64,000 nt of DNA, from assembly GCA_002633005.1 (NCBI GenBank), contig NMRA01000042.1, positions 484,770-548,769 on the forward strand, read 5' to 3'. Below the pieces are notes generated by a model. The model was not told the origin of the DNA and did not search any database. It saw only the letters and a program-made list of their open reading frames with translations. This stretch comes from Phoronis australis. Taxonomy: Eukaryota; Animalia; Phoronida. The position numbers were made by a program, and so were the translations under genes. Shown here piece by piece: positions 37,901-52,900 of the stretch (its first letter is position 1; every line of letters starts with the position of its first letter).

Positions 37901-40900
37901 TTGGAAGAACGTTGATGCATCCTTACCTACCTCAGCCGCAAGAGATTAGCGAGCCGCCAATAGTTGTACACATCTCAAAACTTGAACCTGGGGCGTCAGA
38001 AGTGTTAGCATCAATGGCCCGGTGAGTCTACAGTAGAGTGAGTGGGTAATTTTTTCGTCAATTCTAAAGTGAGAGAAGGCACGGCTGTACATTTTGTGAG
38101 ACAGCTTAAATATACAGCGTGAACAGCAATACATTGGATACACGGTATGTTACCTCTCCCGACGGCTGTCCGAGCATTTGCAGGGCAGGTCCATTCAAGA
38201 TCACGTCCTCTCACATGACCTGAATGTGTTACGACACGACTGGTTAATAACACCGAGTACGTAATTTTTTATATTATGACATCGGCGAATCACAAAGTAG
38301 TGCAAACTAGAAATCCATACGCCTTACATTTTATCAAGGAGTGTAGTAGTATAGGAGAGTTCACTTGTGAGTTCGCTGTTACCGCTACTACTAGCGCCGC
38401 CACGTGGTGAACAAGCAACGGTCAACCAGGAAGCGCCAAAACAATGGGGAAGGACGCATTTTGCAGTGCGACAAATTGCACTTTTTGCCCACTTCGCCAA
38501 ATGGGGAGGCTCGTTCGAGCCCCCCGAGCCCCCTGGGTGCGCGAGTGGGAGAGTGCGATCGAGTTTACCCTATGCTGGCATGTCTAAGAAATAATGGGAT
38601 ATTCTATAATTATATTACGATTTTGTGGTAGTGACGAATTGCTTTCTTCTTCTTACATGTGTAACACCCACTACACCAAACAATTGTTCGCATTGCTAGT
38701 ATCCTGGTGCATTGAATAGGGAACATATGCGAAATTGTTAGGTGGAGGTGAAACCAGCAGTGAGCTGGGAGCAACAAGTTTGTCAATGGTCAGGGGAGCA
38801 ACCAAAATGTGTGACGATGGGAGGGGTTCAACACCCATTTGGCATACTCCATTGATTTTTACCAGTTTAGCACTCCTCCCATGTAACCCCCCTGGGAGGT
38901 GGTCAACACCCATTTGGCGCCCACCTGGTTTTTGCCTGGTACCCCCTTAGCTGTCACCTGGGGAGAATTACCCTCTGAACCCCCAGGAGCAATCATTCAA
39001 ATTTTGTAGTCCATGGAGGTATGAACTGTTATAAGGAAAGATAATCTGCCTTGTTAAGAACTCAAACATGAAACAAAACCGTGATAGATTTTGAAGGGAG
39101 CTTCAAGAAAATAAAAGCAAATACACTTTAATATTGATTAAAATGCACATTTTCATTCTCATTCGATTATAAGTGGATGTTAGTTTACGTATTCTAACCA
39201 TTTTCAATGACACAGTAATTTTATTGCACGTTGAACGTCATTAAAGTATGAATTCATGAGTGTTTACATTGTTCGGATTGCGCTCCTAAGTAAGTGTTGA
39301 TTATTCACCGCTTGGAGCGCTAGTGTCTCGACCGGTAACCATTGCGGCGAATGGTAAAATGGCGGAGTGAACTCTCCTGTACAAGTACACTCCTTGATTT
39401 TATCGTCTGTAAAACACTAAAACAACCAAACGCGCGACAACCAAACAATGTCGGAATTCCGTGAAGTTGAAAAGTTTATGACTGACAAATCAGTTGTCGC
39501 AACTGTAAGTACTCCCAATCGGAAGGATATGCAGACAACTTCTTAAACGGACCCATCGTCGGCGGCAAATTCCATATCCACGTTCATTCAAACGGAGACG
39601 AACCCCAACTCAGGGAACGCGGTGAGACTGTCTAGATGTGCTGTCTCGAGGTCTTACTATTCAATGCTCTCGCGCGGGGAAGCACTGCTGACTGTTATTA
39701 ATAAACATTTGTTATGTTTTAATATTACAACTTTAAAGACCGTTAAAGATTCTAACTAGAGTGTTGTTACGAAAGCTGAATGCAATTTACAATTGTTAAG
39801 TTTAAAGTAAAACTATCAACAAAAAGTAACTGAATTTACTTTACATTGCGCAAGCGTATTTATACAAAAGTTGCGTCATGTGGTTGAAAGTTTTAGAGAC
39901 GTCGAGTTTTTCGGCAAAAAGTTCGTTTTTACGGTTCATGTGAGAAAACAAATGGGAGCCTCGGTATTTTGGCGATATTTCCAAGACGTTTTGCTCATGT
40001 CGTTAACCTGAGACCAATGTAAGATTCTCTGTTTATTAGTTCAAAGTAGTAGACAATGCCACCATTCGCTATGCAGAAAATGACAAGTTTTGGTTGAAGA
40101 TTTTAGAGTTTATTGATTAGTCACGACAAACCTGTACTGAATGAGGAGCTCAAGACAGGTGTGTAACGCGCGCCGACTCTGCTCTGTTAGGCGTGCGGGC
40201 TTCCTACCACGTGATAGATTCACTGCGTCTGCTTGTATGCCCCTCTACCTGCTGTCACCGTTGATTTCACTGCTTATTTCACTTTCTCCACGTTAATTTC
40301 ACCTATTGCCTGGGCCCGGTGCCTAATGTAAGACTCGAACTCGAACTCTGACTCGAGTCTGACATTAGGCACCGGGCGCTGATGATGAGACATGTTGTTG
40401 GAACGACTAAGGACAGAGTTTGTGTCAATGAAGTGCTACCAAACTACATAAATTCTAGGGACAGATTTTGTGGCGTTCAGTCTTAGCCCGATTTTCGCGA
40501 AAAAAAATGTTAAGCCATTCGTAAACAAACTTTTGGGCAGAATTCCACTGACAAAAGCTTGGACAGACTCTCCCAGAAACAGGTCCCAGGAGCTGGTGAC
40601 TTGCAAAACAAGAACTTTTCAAGCCAAATTATTGAGGGAACATTTGGGTAATTTGATTATCTTCCGTGAGTGACAGACCGTAGAGTACATTTGTCCCGTC
40701 AAATATTTAGAACTGCAAGACTATTTCAGTCAAGAAAAGTATTGCTCTCAATTTTCAACTTATTAATGTATCGCTTGCGACGCTTTCCAACGAGTGATTT
40801 GTATCTGACCACAGAGCAAGCACCAAGTCTCTTGTGTAACAGAGCAAGTCTCCACTGAACCTCAAAATATGTATTTTCTCTCATCAGGCATTCGTTTCAG

Positions 40901-43900
40901 TTCAATTTGCACATGATAACATCAACTTTCCATGAAAGCAAAAGAAGGAAACACCCTTCTCCTAAGCCTGTCGCTAGCGAAGTGCCCGACACATACAGTC
41001 GCGCCCACATGCCCACGTAACAAAGGCGAACTGAGACGCAGCAAAGACATTAGCATAAGAATAACTGAACATTTGCAACTAAATAAGAATAACGATAAGC
41101 GTAAAGTTACGAACGTCCCGTCACACTTGCACTGTCATAAAACAATAGAAAGTGCGCAGAGACAGCCACTACTGTCTCTGCCTCTCCCACTGCCCCTTAC
41201 TGTGTTCCATTTTATGACTTCAGCGGTGAGACAGGCAGCAAACAACTTTCTCGATCAATAAGTTTGTCGCGGGGTGTCACAAAACTGCAGGGTGTGAACG
41301 TTGTCAGCAAGCAAGTGACGTATAATTGGGCCCCCATAGATGGTACGAACTTCTCCGTTTGCGCTGTAATCGCTACTAATGACAAGCAAGGTAACCTTCC
41401 AAGTGTCGTGATGAAGACGTCGTTTGTTTACCACGAGCTTCAGCTACAGGGCATTGATGATACCTGCAAATTCTTCAAAAGATACGCCTCCTCAGGTAGG
41501 GATGTTAATCTTTTGTTTCTGTGTTGGTTTCCTTTGTCAGATTACACCTCTGTCCCTTGGTTGGCAAAAACGTATTGTACGGTAACTTCTGTAATATCCA
41601 CCGACTAGACCGTGGAGTATCATTTTTATGCGCCCACATATTTATATGTGGACGCATTATGCCGTCATCTCTGTCCGTCCGTCCGGGCGGCGTCCGTCCG
41701 GCGTCCGGCGTCCGGCGTCCGCTGCTCTATCTCCAAAACCCTTTGACATACATTCATGAAATTTGGCACATATGTTCCATTCATGAATGGGACGGCATAT
41801 TTTTATGTGGTCGCATATTGCCGTAATCTATGTCCGGGTGTCCGGTGTCCGGCGTCCGCGGCTGTATCTCCTAAACCCCTTGCAGGATCTTATTGAAATT
41901 TGGCAAGTGTGTTCCTATGGTGTTGACGACAGAGGGCGACGAGTTTCTGACCGACACAAATACCACTGTGCCCCTTAGAGGCAATTTTAGTTTTTATGCG
42001 CCCACATATTTATATGTGGACGCATTATGCGGTCATCTCCTCCGTCCGTCCGTCCGGGCGGCGTCCGTTCGGCGTCCGCTGCTTTATCTCCAAAACCCTT
42101 TGACATACGTTCATGAAATTTGGCACATATGTTCCATTCATGAATGGGACGGCATGTGCGAACTTTCGGACGGATCCGACAACCGGTGTGCCCCCTAGTG
42201 GCAATTTTATTTTTTTACGCTTACCTTTGTATCTTCAAAAGTCCTGAACAGATTTTCATGAAATTTGGTATGTAGGCACCTATTAGTGAGATGACGCTAT
42301 CCTCCCGCTTTCAGATGGATTCGACATAGTTTGCGCCACCTAGTGGCCATTTTTAGTGTTTTCGAGTCTGTTTTTGTGCGTCCACCCCTCTATCAACCAA
42401 ACCGCTCAAAGGATGATTGTGAAAATTGGCATGTATATGCTTACTATGTAGAGGANNNNNNNNNNNNNNNNNNNNNNNNNNNNNNNNNNNNNNNNNNNNN
42501 NNNNNNNNNNNNNNNNNNNNNNNNNNNNNNNNNNNNNNNNNNNNNNNNNNAGTATTTTCATAGGTCTTCAGGTGTATACTTTGTGTTACTTCGTGACTAT
42601 GAAGGAAAAGTTCCAAGTAGAAATTTGTTTCTGGCATTTAATGCTGTGCTAATCTCGTATGTTGATAAATTTGTTTTTAATTCTATGTTTCTGTGGTGCT
42701 TTAAGCAACTGATGTATAGGATGTGCTTGTATTATGAAGATCACTCATATTTTGCCCCTTAGCCTATTGAGGAGACAATGACCATGCCTTTCCATTTTGC
42801 AAAGTACAACATACTACACATATGCCCTCTACTGGCCACTTAATGGTACCAATAAACAACCCTAGAAGGATACCGTATACGATGCAATTGTGGGCGCATT
42901 TCAACGCTCTGCGTTCCTCTTGTTTACGTTTGCCTCTGTATCTTCAAAGGTCCTCAACCGATTTTTGTGAAATTTATCACATAGGAATCTTTTAATGAGT
43001 TGACGCTACCCTCTCGTTTTCGGATGGATTCGAGGCATTTTGCGCCATCTGGTGGCCGTTTTTACTGTTTTCGAGTCGCTTTTTGGCGTCCACCCCTCTA
43101 ACAACCAAACCACTTTAAGGATGATTGTGAAAATTGGCATGTGTGTTCTTACGATGAGGAAGACAGTTAACGACGATTTTCCGATGACTTCGACTACAGT
43201 GGCGCCTCCTAGTGGTAGTTTTGTTTGTTTTTGCGCCCACGACTGTATCTCGTAAACGTTCTACAGGATCTTTATTAAATTTAGCAAATGTATTTATATA
43301 GTGAAGTTGACAACGGACGACGACGACTTTCGTACAGATCGGTGTACCGGTGTGTCCCCTAGTGGCAGTTTTAGTTTTTTACGTTTACCTCTGTATCTTC
43401 AAAGGTCCTCAACGGATTTCCATAAAGTTTGGCACATAGACATCTATTAGTGAGATAACGCTATCCTCTCGTTTTCGGATGGATTCGTAGTTGTGGCCAT
43501 TTTTGTTGTTGTAAATGGCCTTCTTTTAAAGAAACGGTGACATTTTCTGGTTTTCAGACGGATTCGACGTATTTTGTGCCATCTAGTGGCCATTTCGATG
43601 ATACAAACAAAACCCACTAAAAGCACACCATTTGCGATGCATTCGTGGGCGCATTTCAACGCTCCACGTTGCTCTTGTTCATCTCAACTTGACGTCAGAT
43701 ACCGCTATTACGATCTGTTCAGTCAGATGCTGTATAAACCATTGTCCGGTTGCATGAAACAGTCCCTAATAGGGAATCAACTAAGGTCCCTATATTGTCT
43801 GCGCGCCAGCGGACTTGTGAAAACATTGATTGTCCTTATTTATGCTTTTTAGTTACATTATTAAGTCAATTTTTGGCGTTGGTACGAAGCGAGAGTGAAT

Positions 43901-46900
43901 TCCCAATGGTATTGAAAACAAGTTGGGAGTTCTTCATGCAACGCCCCAAATTTAAAGACTTAAGTCCCTATCAATTTTTACTGAATCAAGGGTTCAGATT
44001 TTAGTTTTGTTATTAGAAAATGTGATTAGTCAAAGAAAGGCTCATAGTAAAGATGAAATGATGGAAAGGGTAATATATGTGACTAAAGAACGACATAAAT
44101 ATGCAAAAGTCTTAGGGAACTTAACTTGAGCCCCTATTGGGACTACTTCATGCAACCACACACACAAGCCCTGAGTCGGCGAGTTCAATAACGCTAGTGT
44201 CTTGCTAGAAAAGCAAGATTTCACGACTTTCCATCAGATATTGCCGTGTATTTTTAATGATAGCTCTTGATTTTGGCTAGGTTTTTTTCGATGCCAGACA
44301 GCTATTAAACACCGCAACTACTCTAGTTACAAAGCGAGCAAAAGATGTCAGTACAGCCTGTTTCAACGCTTAAGCTTTGCTCTTGTTTTAAATGTCTCAA
44401 TTAGTCAACGACAACAACATAGGCCAACTTCACGGATTAACGCACACCACTTTCTTCACATGGAAGGTATAGCTACACTTGATACAGAAGCATGACATCT
44501 ATATTGCAGGTTTCTTAGCGGGCTACCCCAAATATTGTACAAAAATGTCACGTGATAACATTTTTATGAATGTGACGCTCGGTGTAGCTTTCAATAGTTC
44601 AAACAAGTTTGAAATCGGGGGTGGGGGAAACGTGGGGATACTTCTGGCTTTATGGAGTCATAGACTAGTACCAAGTTGAGACTAGGCGGCTGTGATGTAT
44701 TGTGGCTCAAGGCTGGTAATAAAATGACTTCAAATAATTCAGGAACGAAAGCTGACCCTTGAGACGAAAAGGGGCACAGGCTGGTTGCCTCATCACAATA
44801 ATTATCTTTACTTTCAATGCCATGGTAAGCTTTCCCTTTAACGGCATCTCCTTTAATTCGTAATAAATGCGCAGCACTGATTCAAACTGATCTTAAAATT
44901 GTACACTTGTGTTCGAATTATATTGTTTTAGGATGCTTAGAGCAATTCATTATGTACGTTACAACGAGATAACAGACAAACAACGTTTCATAAGATCACT
45001 ACAGCCGTTTTAAATGCAAAAGTAACGACTCTTAATCAGGTTAGTCAACTGAAAACATTTCTTCTCCAAATAAGGAAGTTAACTGAAGTTACAAACTGGA
45101 CCGAATTTTCGGCTTACACGATGCCAACTGGCGAGTTGGCTGCCGGAACGAGGCCATATCGAGTCACGCTATTCCGTGTACTTGGCAATGTTTAATGTGA
45201 AGTGGATGGCGAAGATGACTAATCAGTAATGGGCAAGTGAAACTTTGAAATGATGGGTGTGAACTAATGACCAACTGCGATGGACTGTTTGGTGACTGCC
45301 TTCTTCAAACTAAAATACCTATAACAAGTCATATTTACAGCGAATTTTAATCGTTATTATCTCCGTTGTAATTATTCTGTCCTTTCATTTTAGCGTCTTC
45401 ATGTGTGAAGTTTTCTCCCTATGCATTCTTGAAACCTTTCAATTATTTGTTAAGAAAGGAAAACAAGGCTGACATTGATGGGTATGACTTATATCTTAGA
45501 GGGAAGTCGACTACCAACCCTGGCTTCAAGGTCAGTAAACAACTGTTTATGTCTTACTTTTATTTCCAAGTGGTCCCAATTAATTTTTACGCTGGAAGAC
45601 TTGCAGACTTGATATGAAAGAAATATCGGTTGGTCCGGAATGCAAATATTAACACACGTTACCAGACTAATTTAATTTTGTTTGCTAAACGGTCGATGAT
45701 TGCGCATTTCGGTCTTTTTATCCTACGGTTGAACACTGAAAAGAGTGCATACGCTTTCTGTGCGTCCTATTTCCATAGCTTTATTCCTTGTGCCACCGTT
45801 GCACTTCATTCTTTTGCTTGCAGCCCAACGTGAAGAGCGCTGTGGCGTTGTCAGAAGTGGTTGAACAGTTTTGGAAAAAGAAAACGAGCAACAGTGCTTT
45901 CATTGTCTGGAGATATTTTGGAACGATCGAAGGTGCCATGCGCTTCTTTCCGGCAACACTTCTGAACAAAAATTATGACCACACGGTTCGACCTTGGTAA
46001 GATCACAGCAATAGTCCTTTTTGCGCGAAAGATTGACCCGGCACGCGCCATTCGATGACAATGAAGTTAACCATCACCACCCAAAACTGCAGGACCCGGG
46101 TTTTAAACTTGTTAATCGAAATCGGTCTCGAACTTATTTTTGTAGTTGGAACTCAGATATTTCTATTATTCTGTGCTTGAGGTTCATAATGACTTACGTG
46201 AATAACTCTCTAATCCTTTTTTGTACCTGATAACTCCAGCACAGAGGCTGAACGTTCGAGCCTGAACTCATAATTTCGAGTTTTTACTCGAAATCTCGAG
46301 TTTTTACTTGAGTTTGTAACATGACTATAGGGGTCATCAAGAGCAAGGTTGGGTTAGAAACTCACATGCATAAACCAAAATAACTACTGGAACACATAAT
46401 AATCGGCACTTGATTTTCTTGCTAAATTCTTGCGTCAATGGGACGCAACCCTGGTTTATACACATCTACAAGTTTCGGCGGATGTATACGAGCCGAATAC
46501 CGTCCCACAATGCATTTGAAAAACGACTACCAGTCTGTGAGGTTACGTTTTGCCTTAGATCCCCCCCATTGGAAGTCTATTCTATTTATAAGATATCCGG
46601 TTTAACCGAATAATTATTCCTTTTGTTGTGACACTGGAAATAAAAATCCTCAAAACCAGAATTTTACCGACGTCACATGAGTGTGTGTGCGTGCGTGCGT
46701 GCGTGCGTGTGTGTGTGTGTGTGTGTGTGGGTCAAAATTAACCCGAGACACTAATGTGTGTCTTCACACACTTTTTATGTGCTCACATGCATGTGGGTGC
46801 TTATCGTTGTCACCTCTGTCTTTGCTTCGGCATCCGTCACTGTATCTCCTAACCCCTCAATAAGATTTGGCAGTCGTGATTCTATAAAGCTAGAGACGGG

Positions 46901-49900
46901 TGATGACGAGTCTCGGACCCATCCGACTACCACTGTGTTTCGCAAATCTGTTTTTTAGTTTTGCCTCTATACCTTGGGAGTTCCTTGACGGTTTTTCATA
47001 AAATTTGGCAAATCATTTTCTATTACAGAGATAATATTGTGTCCCCATTTAGGGACGGTTTCAACGTATTCTGCGCCAAATAGTGGCCATTTTCATTATT
47101 TTGGAGTCTGTTGTCGTCTTCCTCTGTATCTGCCAAACCGCTCAGAAGATCATCTATAAAAATTGATAGATGCACTGTTTCTACTGACAAGAGCGAGACT
47201 CTTACCTGGATTTTTGTACGGATTCAACTTCTGTGGTGCACCCTAGTGGCAGCTTTGTATTTGTATTTGTGGTAGTATCTCCTTAACACCTTGCGCGATC
47301 TTTGTCTGATATTTGGCACCTGTAAATGCTATGAACTTGGATGTCGGATCCGACTACTGCTGTGGGTCTTAGTGGCAATATCATTTCTTTATGTTTGCCG
47401 CTGTATTGTTGAAGTTCTTTGACGGAGTTCTATAAAATTTGCCAAAAAGCTTTTTACAAGGAACACGAGGACTGCTTACTATTCTCAGATAGCTTCGACG
47501 TATTCGGCACCATCCATTGGCCATTTTAATAAGCTCTCCTAGAAGCAATCGACCTTCTAAAATTGGGTCGCCTCACGTGTAAATCGTAGAGGCACGACTC
47601 CTATTTAGTGCGGAACCTCTAAACTGTAACTTGTTCATATTTTTGATAGGCACCAATCTTCAGTTATCCGTCGCATTCGTTTCAGGTATAAACGTACGTT
47701 AGCTCACCGAGGCAAAAATGTGCTGTCGGCACCTTACAAGGACAATTGGGGGTCAGGTTATTTAGTTACCCTTTCACGAACCGTCTTTCAAGGAAGGTGA
47801 GTATTTCATGCCCTTGAAATGCGTGAATGCAAACGTAACTCAAGTGGCGGATCTAGGATATCACACGGGGGACCAACATTTTGTCTGTAAACATTTGCGC
47901 AAAGCATGATTGTAGATACGCATAGCACCGAATGGGGGGAGGTCGGAAGGGGGTTTCTCTCCCTCCCGGCCAGGAAAGTATTTTGTTTTTTCCTCTAAAA
48001 ACAAGCCTTTCCTTGATTCCTGAAGTATTATCCAAGTAAAAGAAGGCAAAGAAAAAAAAACACGGAGAACGTGTCAAACTGGAAAAAGTGCAGTTACCAC
48101 GGACTCGTACTCATGACCTGGCTGACAGAGCGCGCGTGCTTTACCACTGCACCACCACTCATAACTTGATAGTAATAAACCTACTTGAGTTATGGTCCGC
48201 AGCGTTTGCGTGCGAAACCTACTTCATTTGTAATGCTTGTTACACGTTTTATGTTTTGTGCAATCGGTTCGTAACAAAATTTGTTGTATTTAAAATAGTC
48301 TTAATTGCGAAAAAGACCAAAATCCGGTTTTTGTGTGGACATTAACGACGTGATTGCTTTGGAAATCGTCTCAAGTTTAAGGTTTGACAAAGAGAGAATA
48401 ATGAGTAATTTATTAACATATTAAAATTTGTTTCATAAATACAGAGTTTCAGTGCGTGTACTCAACCGGGATGGTACATGAAATATTATTACCATGTATC
48501 ACAGAATTGGTGAATAAAATCAAATAAGAACGCATTAGCGGAAGAAAGCTAGTGTCTAACACTGCGTAAAAAGGCGCCAGTTGGTGTTTGAACTAAATTT
48601 AATATTCCTTGCTGATAGCCATTAATCAATGGAGCGCGCGATCTCGGCTGACGCAACTTGCGGATTTTATGGTTAATTTCTTCATGAGACGGGAAAGAAA
48701 AATTTTGAAAGTGACAAAATGGCCACGCATTGTAAAATATTCGTGGGACTTCGGGGATGCACATTTGACCCTGTTACAAAATTTAGGAACATATACATTT
48801 ATAAAGCTAGTAAATGTCGAAGTCTATGCGTTTAAGCATCGTTTTTCAGGAGGTGTGGGAAAAACGTTCTGGTTGTTAATGCCATTTGTATTGCAGTTCT
48901 AGTGCGCACAGCCCGGACGATTTGGTAGCCGGCGTTATTGGTACGGATTTCACCCTGGGCTCGTTCTACAACAAAATGGTGGAGTCAAGCTCCTTGTGCT
49001 CGGATAATATGTAAGTGCTTGACTGAAATGAGTCATTTCTCTGCACCTGCATATTTATATGTGGTGTATTGTGCCGTCATCCCCGTCCGTGACCTCTGTC
49101 GGAACTTATTCACAATAGGCATATTCAGTTACTACACTTTCAGGCAGAACCAAAGACTGACTTTAACTTACAATAAATTCTTCACATCTAGTCCCAAACA
49201 AGCGTTTCATTGTTCTGTAGCTCTAACAGAAATTTCAAAGTATTATGATAGCTGGTGTGAATAGTTGGCAACTTTAAACTTTCACTAGGTAAAATATGAA
49301 GATACTCATTTAAATATATAGAATGTCAGTCTATCACACCATGTTTTTTGATTTCTTACATCATAGAAACGTATCAATTGCTCGAAAACTGTACCCAGAC
49401 ATTTGTGTCCGGGTGACCATGTTTTTCTAAGTAATGACTTTTGTCAGAGACATCTGTAACACACAAACCCATCATTTGAGAATTAAAAAAAAAACATTAG
49501 CTTCATTTATGCGGGAGTACCAACATTTAATAAGTATCAATCCTTTCTTGTGGACAAATTTTGACTCATTAATGATGTTTGTTTGGTGAATCTCTCGATA
49601 ATGAAGATGTATGCGCGCGGGGCCTTTCCAAGACACGGATTAAAAGTTGATTAAGATTGTCGGCACTGGCTATTTCTGTATTTAGTTTCATGTTCCCACA
49701 GCATCTGGCTTTGGGATATGGTGTCAGGAGTATTTGTTGCTTAAAAGGTTATCTCCAACTTCATTCACAAAAAATGGCCATTTTTACAATATTTCACATG
49801 TGTCTAGTAAAATACCTTATTTTCATTTTCGGGAACTTCAAATACAAAATATATACTGCGTATCGAGAAAAAAAGAGTTAATAGAATCACCTAGGAACTG

Positions 49901-52900
49901 CACAACCGCATGGATATTTGTTTACTTCTTATATGAATTGTGCATACCAATGAACTGTGACCTATTTACATATAAAAGTAGGTCAAGTGGTCGCTAACAA
50001 CAGTAGTTAGCTGGGAACGGTACGTTTTAATGATAATTAAGTTAATTACGCACTGTAAAATCAGTTGACATTGCAAGTGAATGTTGAAATAGCGAACATG
50101 TTTAAGGCTTGTATAGGTTATGTGTACCGAATACAAGTTTTCACCGAATAATTAACCGAAGACTGTGATTTTCACTTGTCCCAGTTTAATCGGCTTTTTC
50201 TCGTCTTCGGCAAATCGACTTCACTTGAACTTAGGAACACGAGTTCTCGAAAACGGCTCGGTGGATTTCGCTGAAACTTTCCAAATTTAATATTTAGTCA
50301 TCAGTGTCAAAAATCCTTTAAGGATTTTCAATATAAAGGCATATTTTTGAGTTACGTAACAAAAACGAATACGACTTCCGTTTTCTACAAAAATACCTTA
50401 CGTTTTGGGAGAAATTTTGGTGAAATTTTCATTTAAAAAAGTTTCATTAAAATCGACCGAGGGATTATTTTACTATGAATGTACCTTTCTTAAAAATACA
50501 TTTTTGACTTAAAAAAGGTTTTTAGTAAAAATAATAATGGTATATTAATACAAAAAGTATTTTCATATTCTCTAATCTTTTTTCTTTGAGAAAATATATA
50601 CTTCTACTAGTTGACAAAGCTTAGTTTTTTTTTTGATATACGAGTTAGAATAGAGGACACTAAATAAGGTTGGAGATAACCTTTTAATTAAGATGAACTG
50701 TCACGCAGACAAGGTGTTTTATTGACCGTGTCATCTAATTTGAAGCGCCTGGAGCTGACTCTCTGATTGCACGTCCGAAAACTTTAGGGATTTTGAGACG
50801 CAATATGATGGTTACTGTGTGCAGGTGGGTTACTGAGATTTAGACAGCAGCATCTTATAAACAACCGTTATTTGCATCCGCCCAACATGACGATGCACTA
50901 CAAATGATACGATACACAATCGAAACCCAAATTGACAGTGCAGACAAAAATACACCGTGGGCTTGGGTGGGAAAGTTGCGCCTGCACTATGCAAAACTGT
51001 TCTCTGATGACGGACAATCTCCGTTTTTGTACCATGATTCAGAATGCAAGCGAAACTGCTCAAGACTCAGAATTATTAAGAGTTCGCGATAAATTAGTTT
51101 TGGATTTAAACGATAACGGTATTAGAATTAAACTTTTGAAAATTCATCTCAAGCGGAGTAACTCGAAATGGCTGATGTAGACATTGTGGCACAGGCCAAA
51201 GGCGGAGGTTGCACAAACACCTAACAGAATCTTTGTGGACTGAACTTGTGAGACCTCGCCAAGAACGGTTTCTGTAATTACTCATGATTAAAAAACCCAA
51301 GGTTTCATTGACTGACAATTGAAATTTGAAGAAATGTAGCGTTTAATAATAATTAGTTTTTAGTTATCACGTATTTCCAGGTGTTTCCACTGAAGTGATA
51401 TAGTGATTGTCTTGTTAGATGATGCCGTGATCATGAGGTCTTCTTGGTATCTTGTATTATAGATGTTTTGTGATTGACGACAGCGGTTTTCTTGTGATGC
51501 ACGAAGACTTTGTGAAAGACGGCTACTTATTCGAAGGAGTTCACATAATTAACAAGGTGTGTAAAACAAACAGAATGTCCTAGGCGTGCCATTGAATATA
51601 ACTATTCTAAGTTTTGTGACATTTAGCACCGCGTCTAGATGTTCTGCTTTTCACCCGAGAAACACAATTCTTTTTGTCGTCCATATCATGTCCAGTGCTA
51701 GACTTTTGCCTTTGACCTACAGGAGTCTTACTTGTACCCCACGACTGCACATTCCTGTGTCCTAAGACTGCAATTCCAGTGTTTAAAAGCAAGAGAGACG
51801 TTTTGTATGCCCTCCCTGAATTATGCACACATGTACTGCACAATGTATTATTGTCACGGTATTCATGCAGCTCAATAACATGTTCACATTACATTCACAC
51901 TCAGTTCGTTCCTTCGCATCACCCTCATGTGCTGACAACGGCGAAACCATTATGAAGAATTTGCCCATTCGGGGGATTTCATTTGAGGCGCTGCTGTCGT
52001 TTATTAAATGCATTGTGGGACTGTAGTGGCTTGTAAACTTCAAGATAACTTATGGACTTATAACCTGAGCTGGGTTTCAACATAATACGCTGGACAACAC
52101 CAATATTGTTACATCATCGCACGTCACGTCCCCATTGCTGAACAATTCATTTGACGTCATGCAACAATCAAAGATGTTCAGCGGATAAGCAAATATTTCA
52201 TGCAACCCATCGCAGATTCATAATGTACGTTTCATGTGATGAAATTCGACTTCAATATCATCGGATAACGAGTGCCTCGAGAATATTTCGCGCAAAAAAT
52301 TGTTAATCTGTGCATTTGTTAGATGCATTTCGAGGCCTGTTTTCAATCTTTTATTTTTCTGATATGGTTGCTTTGTCGGCGTATTCTCACCACTTAAAAA
52401 CAGTGTTGCAGCGGCCCCTTACTTTTAATTCATTCTGTCGCAATCAAGGGACAGGTGTTGTTTTTCGTCGTGTGGTTTACACATCACCAAGTTATCAGTG
52501 ATGTCACGAGATCTTAAGAGCCGGAAACTGTCCCACAGTGCATTCGAAAACTTCAACAGCGCTGTACTTGATAAATTCTCCCGAATTTCATGTTATCCAA
52601 CGAATATTATTCTTACCGACATAACAGGATTTGATTCAATTTCCCGTGTTATTGTAAATCACAGCAAAAATACTCAAATATTGACTTATGATTTCGTTAT
52701 TTCTGAACACAATATATGTCTCCCCTCACAGTCCGTTACTCTACGCTCTCAATGAGTGTCATGTGTTCATTCCAGCTTCCAAGCATTGCATACGAGCTGA
52801 TACAAAAAGGATACTTGAAACAAGAAGCCTGCTTGAATTTTGAAACTGTGAAATATAACAGTTATTGGAGAGTAAGTTATTTTGAGTGTTCTTTTCAGGG

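Noticed and set aside
41521-43852. Cluster of similar short ORFs (also 54563-55501, 56929-57393, 6381-7110)
   Set aside because: They resemble each other because they translate the same non-coding HINE units.
48088-48156. Functional tRNA gene
   Set aside because: Degenerate B box and no convincing acceptor or anticodon stems; kept only as a SINE-like relic.
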